From Isurus oxyrinchus (lineage: Eukaryota), in contig JANJGN010000036.1 of NCBI GenBank assembly GCA_026770705.1, positions 1,178,001 to 1,242,000 on the forward strand: a stretch of DNA of 64,000 nt, read 5' to 3'. Shown here one piece after another: positions 26,091 through 38,636 of the stretch. The position numbers and the translations under genes are program-made. The notes under the pieces were generated by a model, which saw only the letters and a list, made by a program, of their open reading frames with translations, was not told where the DNA came from and made no database searches. Numbering within the stretch: the first letter of the stretch is position 1; every line of letters starts with the position of its first letter.

Positions 26091-27249
26091 TATCTTGTTG
26101 CAAAGATGTGCAAACGTGGAATTAGGAAATGCAAATATCTAGGTGGAAAATATCTAAATTCTGTTTGGATTACATCCCAACTTCCTAATATTTTAAAGAT
26201 GCAATGATACCTGGCTTATCATGGCAATAAAGTAAAATCAATTTGTTCACATCAGACCCAGATATGAGGCGAGAGAATCCTTCCGTCATGGACAGATTTG
26301 CTCTAAAGTCATCTCTTCAGCCAAAACACACTGCACTCACCCTATGGTTCTGACATGTTGGTTTCAATTTTAACACAAACTACGACACACTGCATAAAAA
26401 CAAAATGGAAAAATCAGGAGTTTCCTGCATCACTGCCCATGTTCCTCTCTTGCTGTGCTCTAATTTTGCAAATGATTGCAGATTTAAATAGAATTTAAAG
26501 AAAAGCTGGAAATCTGAACTAGAAACCGCTGGGAATCCTGAGTGGGGACTGAAGGAGATATTCAACCTGGAATATTAACGTATTATTTAAATTATCAGAG
26601 TGGGAAAGGGCCGAGGGACATGTTCTTATTCCAGTTAGAGTGCTCAGTGAAATTTGAAACAAAGTCAATTGCCCTAGATTGTGACCGGCTGTTCACCACG
26701 TGAAAAATCCAGCATGGGATGCGTTGCACCTTATCCCAAAAATGAACTTTCTGTATATTATTCCAACAGCTCTATAATCTCACGTCTTTTGCACCCTGAT
26801 GTGTTGTTTCGCCTCTGTGACGGTGGTCACATGTGCATTAAAGGCTTAGCTATGAATCGAAACTTTGGAGCAGTCTGGATAAGTGATAATCAATCACAGA
26901 CACTGAATGACAACTACGCTAATATTCCCTAATTCGCTGAAGTTTCCCAAACATTGCATTAGTTCCCCAACATGACAATGGATGGACAATGAACACGAAA
27001 CAATCACCTCCGCCTCCCCTTCCCCCACAGTGGCGATGCCTCACACAATATTGCCAATGTTAGAATCATCTGGTGGTTCTAGCACAGAAGCAGTCAATTC
27101 AGCATTTTGTGTCTGGGTTGGGCCTCTGAAAGAGGAACACATATAGTTCACCTTCTACGCAACCACCACCCCACCCCCCTTTTTTTCCCGTGGCCCTACA
27201 AAAGATTTGCCTTTCTAACTTCTAACAATGATCAAATTTCCTCATTCCA

Positions 27250-27990
27250 GACCCTTCCACCAATGGCAACAGTTTCCCTATCCACTGTTTCCAGACCGTT
27301 CTTGATTTTGAATAACTCTATTAAATCTCCTGTCAACCTTCGCTTCTCCGAGGAATACAGCATCAGTTTCTCCAGGCTAATTTGTTTTTAACTGAAGTTC
27401 CTCATCATTGGATCCTTCTCAACAATCTTGTCCGCACCCTCTCTCTAGCTTTCACATCCTTCCCAAAGTGTGGTGGCCAGAAGGGTACACAATGCACCAG
27501 CTGAGGCCGAACTGAATCTTTATATGGAGGTTTATTTGAATTTTGTGCCTTTGTACTCTATCTCCATTTTATAACATGCCTGAAATACCTACGCTTTACT
27601 AACTACACTGTGAACCTATTCTGTTACCTTAAATGATTTGAACACATATACAACCTGCTGACTCTGTTCCTGAAACTCTTTTACAATTGTATGCTTTGTT
27701 TTATATTGTCTCTCCTCGTTCTTCAAAACAAAATGTATAATTTCACACTTCTGAGCATTAAATCTAACTTGCCAGGTGACAGCCCATTCCATCAACCTGT
27801 CTGTGTCCCCAGGAAGTCTATCGCTCTCCTCCTCTGGGTCATAAAACATTCAAGTTTTGTGTAAACAGCTAATGTTGAAATTGCAGTTGTGACACCAATG
27901 CCAAGGCTATTAATATCCAACAGGATAAATCCGAGTCCTAAAGTCCAAGCCCTGAGGAACTCCAGCCTATACTTTTTCTCCAGTCTCAAT
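27250..27990 (-). mobile_element. CR1-like LINE RT fragment
   Basis: EWA.TWQ.RFNA.KCE.IHF motif on the minus strand. Confidence 0.8.
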
Positions 27991-29984
27991 AGCTAGCCTC
28001 TTATATTGGACCAACAGGCCGGAGATTGATTTCAGAATATCTCGATGGAAATGCACTTATTATTCTCTTGAATTTCCCTAATGTAACGTTTAATGTGCAA
28101 AACATATTTAGTGCAACTGACCCATTTTCATTCATTCCACGACTCTCTTTGCTCACTCTCTCTCTCGCTTTCTCAATCTACCCAGAATTCGAACAAAAAT
28201 ATCAAGCTCGTGTTGGTTTTTATAAATCCTGGCTCAGGCGCCAAAATAGCTGATAAGAAAATTGCCCTGGGGCTTTAGAAGCAATCTTGATAGATCATGG
28301 ATTTTCTCAGCTTATATCATTGGAATCAGTGTTGGGGTTGAATTCGATTGTGGACAGTCGCAGATGTACAGAGGGTGTTCGGGATAAAGTTTTCCTCTGG
28401 CGCAGTTGCTCACTTTTCATTGTGGGATCTCTTGCCTTGTTCATTTGAAAGGAGAGTCAGTAATTAGCTACTCAAAACTGCAGAAGGGAATCACATCGGA
28501 CAACCAATTATGAAAATGTGCCTGATAAATATTGATCCTCTCCTGATCTGCCGCTTTTATGGGTCCAAGTGAAAATGAAGATCAAGTGTAGAAGTAGGAT
28601 CGCAGCCACCATTCTGACAACGTTCAGGGTCGGAATGCACTATTCCTAAAGAGACAAAACTATTAGAAACTGCTGATCGATCAAATCAGTATTTCCCGGA
28701 ATAGTATCATGAGAAACGTGACCCAGTTAAAAGCTAGTGTCTCAAACAGCCAGTGCGATTGATAGCGGCGAGTGGACGCACAGAATGAAATATATGAAGC
28801 AATGTTTTCGAACTGAGATGAACTGGCGGACAACACTGTCAAGATAGTTCCAAAATTATAATGTATCAGTATGAAAACATTTTACCGATGTCTACATGGA
28901 AACTGAACTGTAGATTAATAGACTGAACCAATCGACCAGGCGGCAGTTCGGTCCATAGTGTGTGTGGCAGCTGTTGGTGCTAATAAAACTCAACATGTTT
29001 CCCCGTTTGCTCCTCTGCTTCTGGAAGCAGTTTCTCCGTATTTACTCAATCAAAATAATTCATGATTTCGAACTTCAGTGCGAATGTTTCCGTTAACCGG
29101 CTCTGCTCCAAGGACAACAATCCCAGATTCTCCAGCTTCTCCACATTAAGTGACATCCCTTATCCCGGGTCCCATTCTGGTGAATGTCCTCTGCACCCTC
29201 TCTAAGGCCCTGACATCTTTCCTTAATATGGCGTCCAGAATTGGACACAATACTCCAGCTGGTGTCGGACTGGGGATTTATGAAGTGCAATTTTCTCTCC
29301 TATTTGCTTCCACCTTTACTGAAGCCGCGATCTCCCTCTGCTTTTTATCCGCCACCTCAACTTGTCCTGCCACCTTCAGAATTAACATCCATGCGCTATC
29401 TGCCTGATGAGTGTTCAACTCGGTCAATTCCATATTGACCCAATTTCACTGCTGCTTCAGCACACGAAGTTAATGTTAAATCCGACTGCTGATATCACCA
29501 GTCAATATGACTTAAATCGAATTTAACCAGGAAACTGCAGATTAATAAGGGAGATTCCGGGAAATGAGGAAGGTGACGGGGGTAATTGAGCAAGTGCCAC
29601 GTCCCTGCAGACCCATCGCTTTTCCCAACAATCTCACCTCTTCACTGCTTTCTGCTCATGAACCCATTCTGTGTGGAGATAATCTCAAAGCTGTTCCGTA
29701 TCCATTGCCTTAAAGAGTGGAGGAAACAGATTAAATAATAACTTCCCTGAGGGAAACCGGATTATTATATGGATTTTGATGAACGGGAACCTGTTACATG
29801 ATTATTGGGAAAAGGTGGGATTCATTGAATACCCCCTTTCTCTGCTGTATCACTCTATGATATTAAGATGTCAGACAGGAACTTAAGGCGAGCCCGAGAA
29901 CGTGTTTGTAAGACAAAGTCTCCCTCTCGGACAGAGGAAATCTCTAATTCGGTACAAATTATTAAATGTACTTTATACATAAAT

Positions 29985-30200
29985 GGTTTACACACATAAA
30001 CACGTACGTACATAAAAATACATAAAAAATATATATTTTATATAGATAGGCAAATGCACATGCACATATATAAACATGCGCACACACACACACATACACC
30101 GATATACACGCACACCGCTTAACACATTAACACCCACACACACACACTCACACGGGCACCCACACGCACTCTCTCTCTCACACAAACACATGACCACAAA
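29985..30200. repeat. (CA)/(TA)-rich microsatellite
   Basis: Direct inspection. Confidence 0.85.
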
Positions 30201-30845
30201 CTGACAAATATCTTTATATGTGTCCATTGTTATCAGTTGTCCCGTGAACGTGCTTTAATTAGGAGACAGATTCTTAGCATCGAGTGAATTCCTGCACCTG
30301 ATCCTATGAATTAAAAACCTTCACCGAACAGATCACCAACTCATCTGTCCCTGTCTCTGCTACTTTGGCCCTTAGTCCAATATTTGTTTGGAGAGCCCAG
30401 ATGAACGATACAAGTAGGGGGGCCACCGGTTCTCCTGGTTGCAATCAGCACCATGGCGTGACATCTGATGCTGTAGGTTCCGTCCGCCTCCCTCGTACCG
30501 GGATTCTGTAAGTGGAGAGATTATAGTTAGATTGTCACTGGTTATTGAGGGATAGGAAGCACTGCCTTGAAAGACATAGTGAGTAATTTAAGAACAGTGA
30601 CATCATTATCTTTAATTATTCTTAGATTAAGTCTCTCATTTGATTTTCTTCGCCTTATAAGAGGGACAAGTAAATAAACTCATAGGATCAGGTCAAATGC
30701 CTTCACCTGTTCACTGGGTAACATTTTAAACTTAGTTAACAATGATTCTGGCAGATTGCAGTTTACCATTCTGATCCGTCTCTGATTCACCACAAACCCG
30801 CAGCACTTGGAAAACAAGTGTCTAATGCAGAGATCCCTTGGACAG

Positions 30846-31085
30846 CTTGACGCGGTGATTTCACACTGTTTTCTCTCTCACCAGTTTGCTACCTCAGGCG
30901 GAGTGGCCACAGACTGACCTGAGCTCAGTCCCAGTCAGTAACTCCACATTCAGATCCGGTGGAAATATGACAAGCTGTGCTATTGAAAGTATTAAAGCAT
31001 TTTGGGTGAGGTGTCCTGGTGAGTGCCACATGCATTAGACGTACTGTGGTCACCGTCTGTGTGTCACAGTGGTCAAGTGGTAGAA
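30846..31085 (-). promoter_or_regulatory. Conserved type II promoter/5'UTR block (paralog of 57023-57260)
   Basis: 38/39 nt identity at 30897-30935 vs 57074-57112; shared CTGAGCTCAG palindrome, CACATG E-box and TGTGGT RUNX-type site. Confidence 0.55.
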
Positions 31086-33181
31086 TGCCACTCAAGTTGT
31101 CGCTGGAGGGTGCGGGGTTGGTGGAGGTGCTGGGGCCTGGGTCACAGAAAACCAATTGTATGGATGGGTTCTATATATTGCAGTTAAAGATTACTGAATT
31201 CTGGGCATGTGAGAGCCGTTGGCAAGGCAAGCATGTATTAACCATCCCTGGTTGACTCTTGAGGTGGTGGCGGTGAGCCACCATCTTGAACTGTTGCAGT
31301 CCATGTGGTGTAGGTGCACCCACAGTGCTGCTAGTCAGGGGGTTACAGGTTTTTGACCCAGTGACAGTGAAGGAACTGCTGTTCTTATCAAGCCAGGATG
31401 CTGTATGGCTTGGAGGGCAACTTGTGCTTGGTGGTGTTCCCAAGTATTTGCTGTCTTTGTACCTGAAGTTTGTTGGCGTCGCAGCTTTGGAACGTGAACA
31501 CCAAGAATTCAGAGTGTTATATCATTGTACTCAGTATAATCAATTTTGTAAACATTTGTACAAGATTCATGATAAAATCTGGTCAAGACAGAGACTGGAA
31601 TATATTGGGTAAAATATATGTGGACTGGTTTGAATTTTAATTACGAGTATCTCATTCCCTATATCACAAATTACGCGGAGATCTGGACTGGGATTCTAAT
31701 GTAGCAAGCCGGTCATTCACTGCAATTATCAAGAATCTAAATGAGTTCAGTTCCGCTCCTTCCGTGCATTGTCCACCTTTCTGGAACGTCTGATTGAAAA
31801 GGTTTTCGACTGACTTATTCTATAGTATAAAACGCCTTTTGTGATTGACCTGAATTCAGTTTTCTGAGTTCATTGCAGTATTCTATTTACCAATGATTTA
31901 TTGATTGACCCCCTGAAGAGATTTTCAAACAAGCATACATATTGCACTTTGCATTGTGCTCTAAGCGTGTTCATAGTAGTTCAATGGAAAATTAACTGCA
32001 CAGCTAATTTTCCATTGAACTTTGAAATAGCTGTTAAGCTCCTTTGATTTTACAGTTTACAGAGTTACATAGAATTTTTAGCATAGAAACAAGCCATTCG
32101 ACCCGACTGCTCGTGCTTGCATTTTTGTTCTGCACGAGCCTCCTCCCTCCCCTTCTTCATCTCACCATATCCTTGCATTCCATTCTTCCGCATGTGCTTA
32201 TCCAGCTTCCCACTTAAATGCAAATCTGCAAGTGCCTCATCCATTCCCTGTGGGAGTGGGTTCAACATTGTCCCCAACGCCCCAGTAAAGAATATTCTCC
32301 TGAATCCCAGACTGGATTCAACTAATATTAATGGCCCCACATTATAGAGGACCATAGGAATACAGGGCAAGGCCATTGGGCCTTTCGAGCCTGCTACCCT
32401 ATTCAATCAGGTCGTGGCGGATCTGGTAGTGGTCTTGAATCCACTTTCCTGTCGCCGCCCTTAGGCCTTGGCTTCCTTGCCAAACAAATAACTGTGCAAC
32501 ACGGGGCTTTGAATACATTCAAAGACTCAGCCGGCACTACATTCCACAGACCAGCTACCCATTGGGTGAAAAACAGTTCGTCATCTTTTTGTTAAAATGG
32601 AGACCTTTATGTTTGAATTCTATGGGATTCCCGATTGGATTTATTGAAGGCCAATATTGTTGAACACATGCAGAAGTAGAGTCATCTTCCTTCAGCCTGC
32701 CAAAATAAACCACTTCACAATTTTTAAGGCCCCGACTTAGTTACCCTTCAGTCTTCCCCTTTTTTCAGATTAAAGAGCTCCAGCCGGTTCATTCTTTCCA
32801 GATTGTTATAAGCTCTCAGTTCCTATATCATTCTTGTGAAACATTAACCGTACCCTTTCCAGTGGCTCTGTATGCTTTCTAGAATATGCAGAGTTGTGTC
32901 CTGTACTCCAGCTGTGGTCTAACTAATGTGAGAACATACCTGGTGTATTTTGTAAATCAGAGGATAAGTGCGTGACAGCACTTGGACCTGTAATAAACAA
33001 GAAAACCGCAGAGAGCTGCCTACCTCGGCAACATGTTTCAAACCCTATGGTGTATCTGTGCATTAACCCAGAATGCCATTCAGGCTGCATATTTCATACC
33101 TACTTCAGACCGAAAGGAGAGCAGGTTCTCAGTGAGATTCGGATCGGGGGCTCAGGGAATGGCCATCTGAAGTCACGGGCA

Positions 33182-33224
33182 ATGAGCTTCCTTGCTGTGT
33201 GTGCATTGTCCCATCTGTTCCAGG
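33182..33224 (+). CDS. Gene A leader exon
   Basis: MSFLAVCALSHLFQ G|gtgaga, phase 1; splices to give ...FQVIMS-QPVLSQSP; conserved in relic at 22662. Confidence 0.8.
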
Positions 33225-34256
33225 GTGAGATACCTTAACATGTTCACATAGAATGGAGCAGAGTTGGGATGGTGTAAATAAGGAGATATTGTTTCCAATA
33301 GCAGGAGACCCGGCAACCAGAGGGACACAGATTGAAGAGAACTGGCAAAAGGACCAGAGGGGTTGGGAGAATGGGGACGAGAATATCTTTTCTTTACCCA
33401 ATAATTGCTGTGATCTGGAAGGCTCTGCCTGAAAAGGCGATAGAAGCACATTCAAAAGGAAATTTCAAAAGGGAAATTGGATGAGTACTCGATAGGGATA
33501 CATTTGCAGGGATATGCAGATGGAGCGGGGGGTGGTGGGGGTGGGGAGCTGTGGGGGTGGTGGGGGGTGGGGTCAGAATGGGCGATAGCTGGATAGATCT
33601 CTCAAAGTGCCAGCCTTCTGAAGGGCCGAATGGCCGCCACATGTGCTGCACAGATCTATGAGATGCAATTCAGTTATCAGGTTCGATGCAAAAATAGAGC
33701 GAATATAATCAACAACTTGGGAACTGCATCGGTCAGGAACAATAAATGGAATTCGTCGGAAAGATAACGTTCCCTGGTTTAGAAGAGGTGAGTGGCTAGA
33801 TCGACATTATTGTTGATTGAGAAGAGGACAGAGTTTCAATGGATTATTAGAGCGAGTTATGAAATCTGGAACAAAATAAAAAGCCCAAATCTAACAAAGA
33901 AGAACAGGAAACGAAGGGATGATGAGAGAAGAAATATAAGAGTTCGAAAATTTAGGTTTAAAGCAGTTCTTTTAAGTTATTAACTTCACAAAGTTCCCAT
34001 TTGTGTATCCCAGTGTTTGTCCCAGATTTACTGGTGAATGGACTCGGACTGTGCCTTGGAATCAGAGGAATAGAACGGCCCAAACAACCAACTGTGGGGG
34101 ATTTTTTGATATGAACTATATATATTTTTAATGACCGTGCCTCCTCCCTATCGGGGTGTATTCGTCGGACGCTAGCTTCGGGAGGGAGGCTGGCGGGTGC
34201 GGGGTGGCGGATTGCACCGTAATCTGAGGTAATTTGTTTATTTCTGTCTTGCTCAG

Positions 34257-34595
34257 TTATTATGTCTCAACCCGTCTTGTCCCAGTCTCCACCGGTTCAG
34301 ATACTCCCTGCGGGGAGTCGTGCTAAACTGAGCTGCCTCGTGGAGAGCTCAGTGGTTGGCTTCGTCTTCTGGTACAGACAATCGGAGAGAAACAACATGA
34401 AGCTGGTTTACACAGCAAGCAAGTACCTCCCCGCAGTGGGGAGATTTTCCAGCGAGGCTGGTTGAAAAGCCGATAATTGTTCACTGCTCATTGTGGATAC
34501 CCGGAGAGAAGATTCTGGAAAATATTACTGTGCAATCCGAAATTTCACAAATATGGCCAGAATATTTGGAAATGGCTCCCAGTTAGTGATTACAA
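34257..34595 (+). CDS. Gene A germline-joined VJ exon (Ig V-set)
   Basis: QPVLSQSP...AKLSC...VFWYRQ...RFS...*...EDSGKYYCAIRNFTNMARIFGNGSQLVIT; ag/gt boundaries, phase 1-1; one premature TGA. Confidence 0.9.
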
Positions 34596-34697
34596 GTAAA
34601 TTCCATCATTATTCCATCGAATTGGGTATTTCTACAGTAATTAAAAGTATGTGGTTTGAACTCATAATGGTGTTTTTCTTTCATTTGCCAAATGTAG

Positions 34698-35003
34698 AGG
34701 GCTCCCCCACCATATTACTCCTCGCCCCGCCAGAGAATGAGATTCCCTCCATGGAAAGGGTCCCGTTGTTATGTTTGATCAGAGGCTTGTCCCCCGATTC
34801 CTATCCTTTCCGCTGGAATGTTTCTGGACGGGATACCGAGGGACAGACCGATTCTGGGACAATTGAGACTGACGGGACCTACACCATCAGGAGTTACACC
34901 AGCCTCTCGGCGGAATCTTGGAGAATTGGCGTTCTCTGTACTTGCGCCATTCAAATCAACTCCAGTGAAAATCTTCTCAGTGCAAGTGTCTCATCTCAGA
35001 GAG
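34698..35003 (+). CDS. Gene A C1-set Ig exon
   Basis: PTILLLAPP..E...VPLLCLIRG...FRWNVSG...DGTYTIRSY...ESWR.G.LCTCAIQ; tgtag acceptor; G|gcagcg non-canonical donor. Confidence 0.88.
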
Positions 35004-35659
35004 GCAGCGATTAACAGTGACCGTTTAACAATTTATTTACTGCTGATGGCAGGTGTTGCCAATTTTGTAAATTAGAATTGTCCATTTTTCCGTGTGTGTC
35101 CATGTCGCATCATTTTATCATCGATCTATCATATATCTCTCCATCTTTCAGAGTTAAGCTTTCTGAAATTCTAACTCCATTTGTTCTCTCTACCTCAGAG
35201 GTCTATGGACGCTCTGTCACTGAGAAATATTTTTGTGCGCAAAGGAAATAAGGGATGTGGACAGGGCAGGAAAGTGCATTTAATCTGCAAGATTAACAGT
35301 GGTCTTATTGAATGGATCTCTTTGAGGCGCCGAATCATCTCGTGCTCCTATTTCCTGTGTTCTTGTGTCTGTCTAAGCATGGTTCCATGCTAATGGATCA
35401 TTTGTCAGTGTGCAAAACTGAAAAGCGTGATTACATTCCCAGTGTACTACTTTGTCTCACCATTCCTGTTTTCAATTATCTATTCATATCTCTATCTACT
35501 TAACATTCACAATATTCCTGTCTGTCTTAGTTAAGCGGTGAGATATAAAATATCTTCTCTATCTGTGTGTCTATCTGTTTATCTATCTATCCATCTCTCT
35601 TGCTCCCTATCAAACAATCCATTCCTGTCCTAGTACAGTTTAAGATAACTGCGTTATAT

Positions 35660-36850
35660 ATTTTTGTGTCTGACTCTCTGTCTCTCTGCAACCCTCTCAC
35701 TACCTCTCTCCCCCTCTGTCTCTCCAGGTCCCTCTCACTGTTCGCCACATCACTTTCTCTCTCGCTCTCTGTCTTTATCTATTGAAAAATGTATTCATTT
35801 CTCTATCTATCTCACTTTACCTCTGTTTATCATGTCTATTTCTATAGTAGTTAAATGGTGCGTTATAAGAAATCTGGGACATTCATCTATCTTCCCATTT
35901 GCCGATCTCTCTCCATCTCTCACCCTCTTTCTGTCTCTCTCTCTGTCTCTTTCGCTCTCCCTCTATCCCTTCCCATCCAGTTAAAAATGTTCTGTCTATG
36001 TTTTATGCTCTATCTGTCACACATTCTTCTCTCTATCTCTAAATATCCATGACTTCATTCATTTCTCCGACCATCTTTTTGTTCTGCTTCTCCCACCTCT
36101 CCGTATCTCCCTCTCTGCCTTTCCCCATCTCCCATTTCTTCCTTTCTCCCCCACTCTTTCCAACTCTCCCCCTTCCTCTATCCCTCCCTCCCCATCTCTC
36201 CCAGACCCCAATTCCCCCTCCATCGAAGTCTCCCTCTCTCCCCTAGCCAACATCACTTCCTCTTTCTCCCCAACTTTCCCTCTCTCTCTTGCTCCCTCTC
36301 TGCACATCTCTCCCTCTTCTCCTCTCTCCCCAACTCTCCCTCGCTCCCCCATTTTGTCCTTTCTCCCTGTGTCTCCCCAATCTCTCATTCTATCCACATC
36401 TCTCCTCTCTCCGTCTCTACCCCTGTAAGTGATCTGCTCTCTCTATCACTTTCTGCCCATCTCTCCCTGGCTTAACATTTATTTGCTATTAAAACAGTGC
36501 TCTATCTACCTCTCCCTGTTATTCTCCCTCTATCTCTCTTTAGTTATCTCTCTATGCTTGTCCTATTTAAATAGTGTTCCATAAGATCGCTGCTCTCTCT
36601 CTCTCGCTTTCTCTCTCTCTATTTCAGCCTTAATAAACGTGAATTTATCTATTTCTTTGTCACTTGCTCTCAGTATCCGATTCAAATTGCATTTTAAAGA
36701 TCTCTTCTCATTCTCCATTTCTGTCTCTCTCTTTCTATCTACAGATATCTACCCTGTTTAAGTAGAGCTTTATAAGATCTCTGCCCCTTGCGTTAGTCTC
36801 TCTATCTTTGTCTCTATCGCTTGTCTCTTTCAATCTCGTTCTACTTCTGT
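35660..36850. repeat. CT-rich low-complexity tract in the gene A C1-TM intron
   Basis: Paralog of 330-1745. Confidence 0.9.
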
Positions 36851-37019
36851 CCTTTTTCAATATTGTTCTGTAAGGTCTCTGCTCTATTTCCAGATAATGA
36901 AAGATATAAAAATCTATTCACGTCTCCAGGTGAAATCAGGCATCTAATTTGTGATTATTTTCCCTATATGTTTAATTAATTCCACAAACTTTCTTTTAAA
37001 TTAAAGGTTTTTTTTGCAG

Positions 37020-37139
37020 ACTCTCCGTTCTTTACCACCTGCAGCTTCCTGCTTTCCGGGGGCTTGCTGGTGACGGCGCTTCTCCTTATGGGAGTGATCG
37101 TTGTGGCCTGGAGAAGGAGTTGCCGGACGCAGCAGACTG
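37020..37139 (+). CDS. Gene A transmembrane exon
   Basis: DSPFFTTCSFLLSGGLLVTALLLMGVIVVAWRRSCRTQQT; 120 nt, ag/gt, phase 1-1. Confidence 0.85.
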
Positions 37140-37271
37140 GTACCGATTTTTGGGAGATGCTGTAACTTCGCGGCGCTCTCAATACATCCATTTATCAATG
37201 GGTTATTGACACTTTCAACCTGTTCAGAGTGAAATGTTCTCATGCTGAGTTCAAATTTTACATTCGAAAAG

Positions 37272-37330
37272 GAAAAATGAAGAGTAATGAGGAAATGAAA
37301 GATTGCAGAGAACAACGAGAGAATAAAGAG
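37272..37330 (+). CDS. Gene A cytoplasmic exon 1
   Basis: GKMKSNEEMKDCREQRENKE; 59 nt; weak aag acceptor, gtaaaa donor. Confidence 0.7.
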
Positions 37331-37967
37331 GTAAAAGAATTGAATTGTTGCCTTAAGCCTGGATACATTTCACAAAATGTTAGTCCTAGGTTTAAATTTC
37401 ATAGTTATTGTGATCAATCTAGATAACTTTGCGTCATTGGTAGTGCAGGATGGCAGAAAAAAAAAGCTTCAATTCTTCTCGTGGGGACGATTAAGGGGTA
37501 ATTTAATCGAGAGTTTTAAAATGATAAAAGGATACGATCGTGTCTGTAGAAATAAACTCTTTGCCCTGGTGGAGCGGATCTGGTGTTTGTGTGCGGGATG
37601 AGTAGTAGGTGTTGGCGGGATGGAGTCCAGGACAAGGGTGCAGGACTATAAAATTATCGGGATGTCATTCAGGGGTGATGTGAGGGTGCACTTTGTCCCA
37701 CAAAGGTGAGTGGAAATCTGGAGCGCTCTCTCCTCATAAGTTGTTGAGGCTGCGGGATCAATTGGAAATGCCAAATCTTAGATTGATAGAGTTTTGTTGG
37801 GTAAGGGGGTTAATGATTATGGAACCAAGGTGGAAGTTATGGATGGAAGTTATGGTACAGAACCGCCATGTTCTAATTGAATAGAGTGGAGGGGCTGAAT
37901 GGCCTCCTGCTATCCCGATGATGAAGGCGTTCGTTACATTAACAGATTCGTTTTTTTTTCCCCACAG

Positions 37968-38012
37968 ATGCTTTATGCCCGCTTAGCCTTTAATCAGGAT
38001 CCCACACTTTGA
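37968..38012 (+). CDS. Gene A terminal coding exon
   Basis: tttccccacag acceptor; MLYARLAFNQDPTL*. Confidence 0.85.
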   Translation: MLYARLAFNQDPTL

Positions 38013-38636
38013 TTGGAGAGCAAGGAGGGAGAGAGAGCTCACAGTCCTCTTCCCGAACACGACGTGTTGCAGACATTTTCCACCTTGGACGGGAAATTCC
38101 GAAAATCCAACCGATGTAAATTCAGGCGTATTCTCGGCGCAATTTTATGATGTCACCAAAAGCGGCAACAGAATAATCTCATAATGCCGGCTATTCTAAC
38201 CATGAAATATCGCCTGCAGTTCCACTCCAGCCTCTCCAGCTTTCTGTGATTTGGAATTGGCGTTTACTAATGCACTCTGCATCATTATTCAGTATGTCAG
38301 CAAGATATTATTCAAACAGGATTTACAATGTATCTTGCTCGAGTTACCAACATATTAAAACAGATTTGAAAACCAATGTTAGCTGTGTGATAACAGTTTT
38401 TTGGATCATTCAGAGCAGATGCACCCAGGGTATCTCTATGGTCGATGTAGAAATACATTTATGGAGCAAAGTGTAGCAGGATAGAAGCAGGGTTAAGGAC
38501 AACAAGTACTGGATGGGAGTTTAGGCTGCAGCGATAGTGGACACCGAGCCTTCACTGGTTGTGTCCTGGGTTGAACATTGTTGTATGTACACTTGAAATA
38601 GGATTGTTGACAACCCATCCACCCTTTTTTTAATAC

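Larger units (their letters stand above)
26380..30845 (-). pseudogene. Type II V-C1 receptor relic C
   Basis: Leader 30845-30791 (ATG>CTG, internal TAG); partial C1 30505-30345; TM 28645-28543 (+1 frameshift, donor gt>ga); cytoplasmic exons 28444-28414 and ~28190-28122 with dead acceptors; last exon 26459-26380; all collinear with gene B. Confidence 0.85.
33182..38012 (+). pseudogene. Type I non-rearranging VJ-C1-TM receptor gene A (near-intact; one in-frame TGA)
   Basis: Six phase-compatible exons 33182-33224, 34257-34595, 34698-35003, 37020-37139, 37272-37330, 37968-38012; TGA at 34463-34465; C1 donor is GC. Confidence 0.85.

Noticed and set aside
33033-33100. MFQTLWCICALTQN as gene A leader (similar to 58871 MLGCCTSTCIYALTQN)
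   Set aside because: No suitable phase-1 GT donor; 33182-33224 fits better; treated as conserved 5' flank
34463-34465. TGA as selenocysteine
   Set aside because: Not at a Cys-homologous position and no SECIS recognised
33182-38012. Gene A as a bona fide TCR or Ig chain
   Set aside because: No RSS, no charged TM residue or CART motif, multi-exon tail with a tyrosine motif, V-C intron only 102 nt
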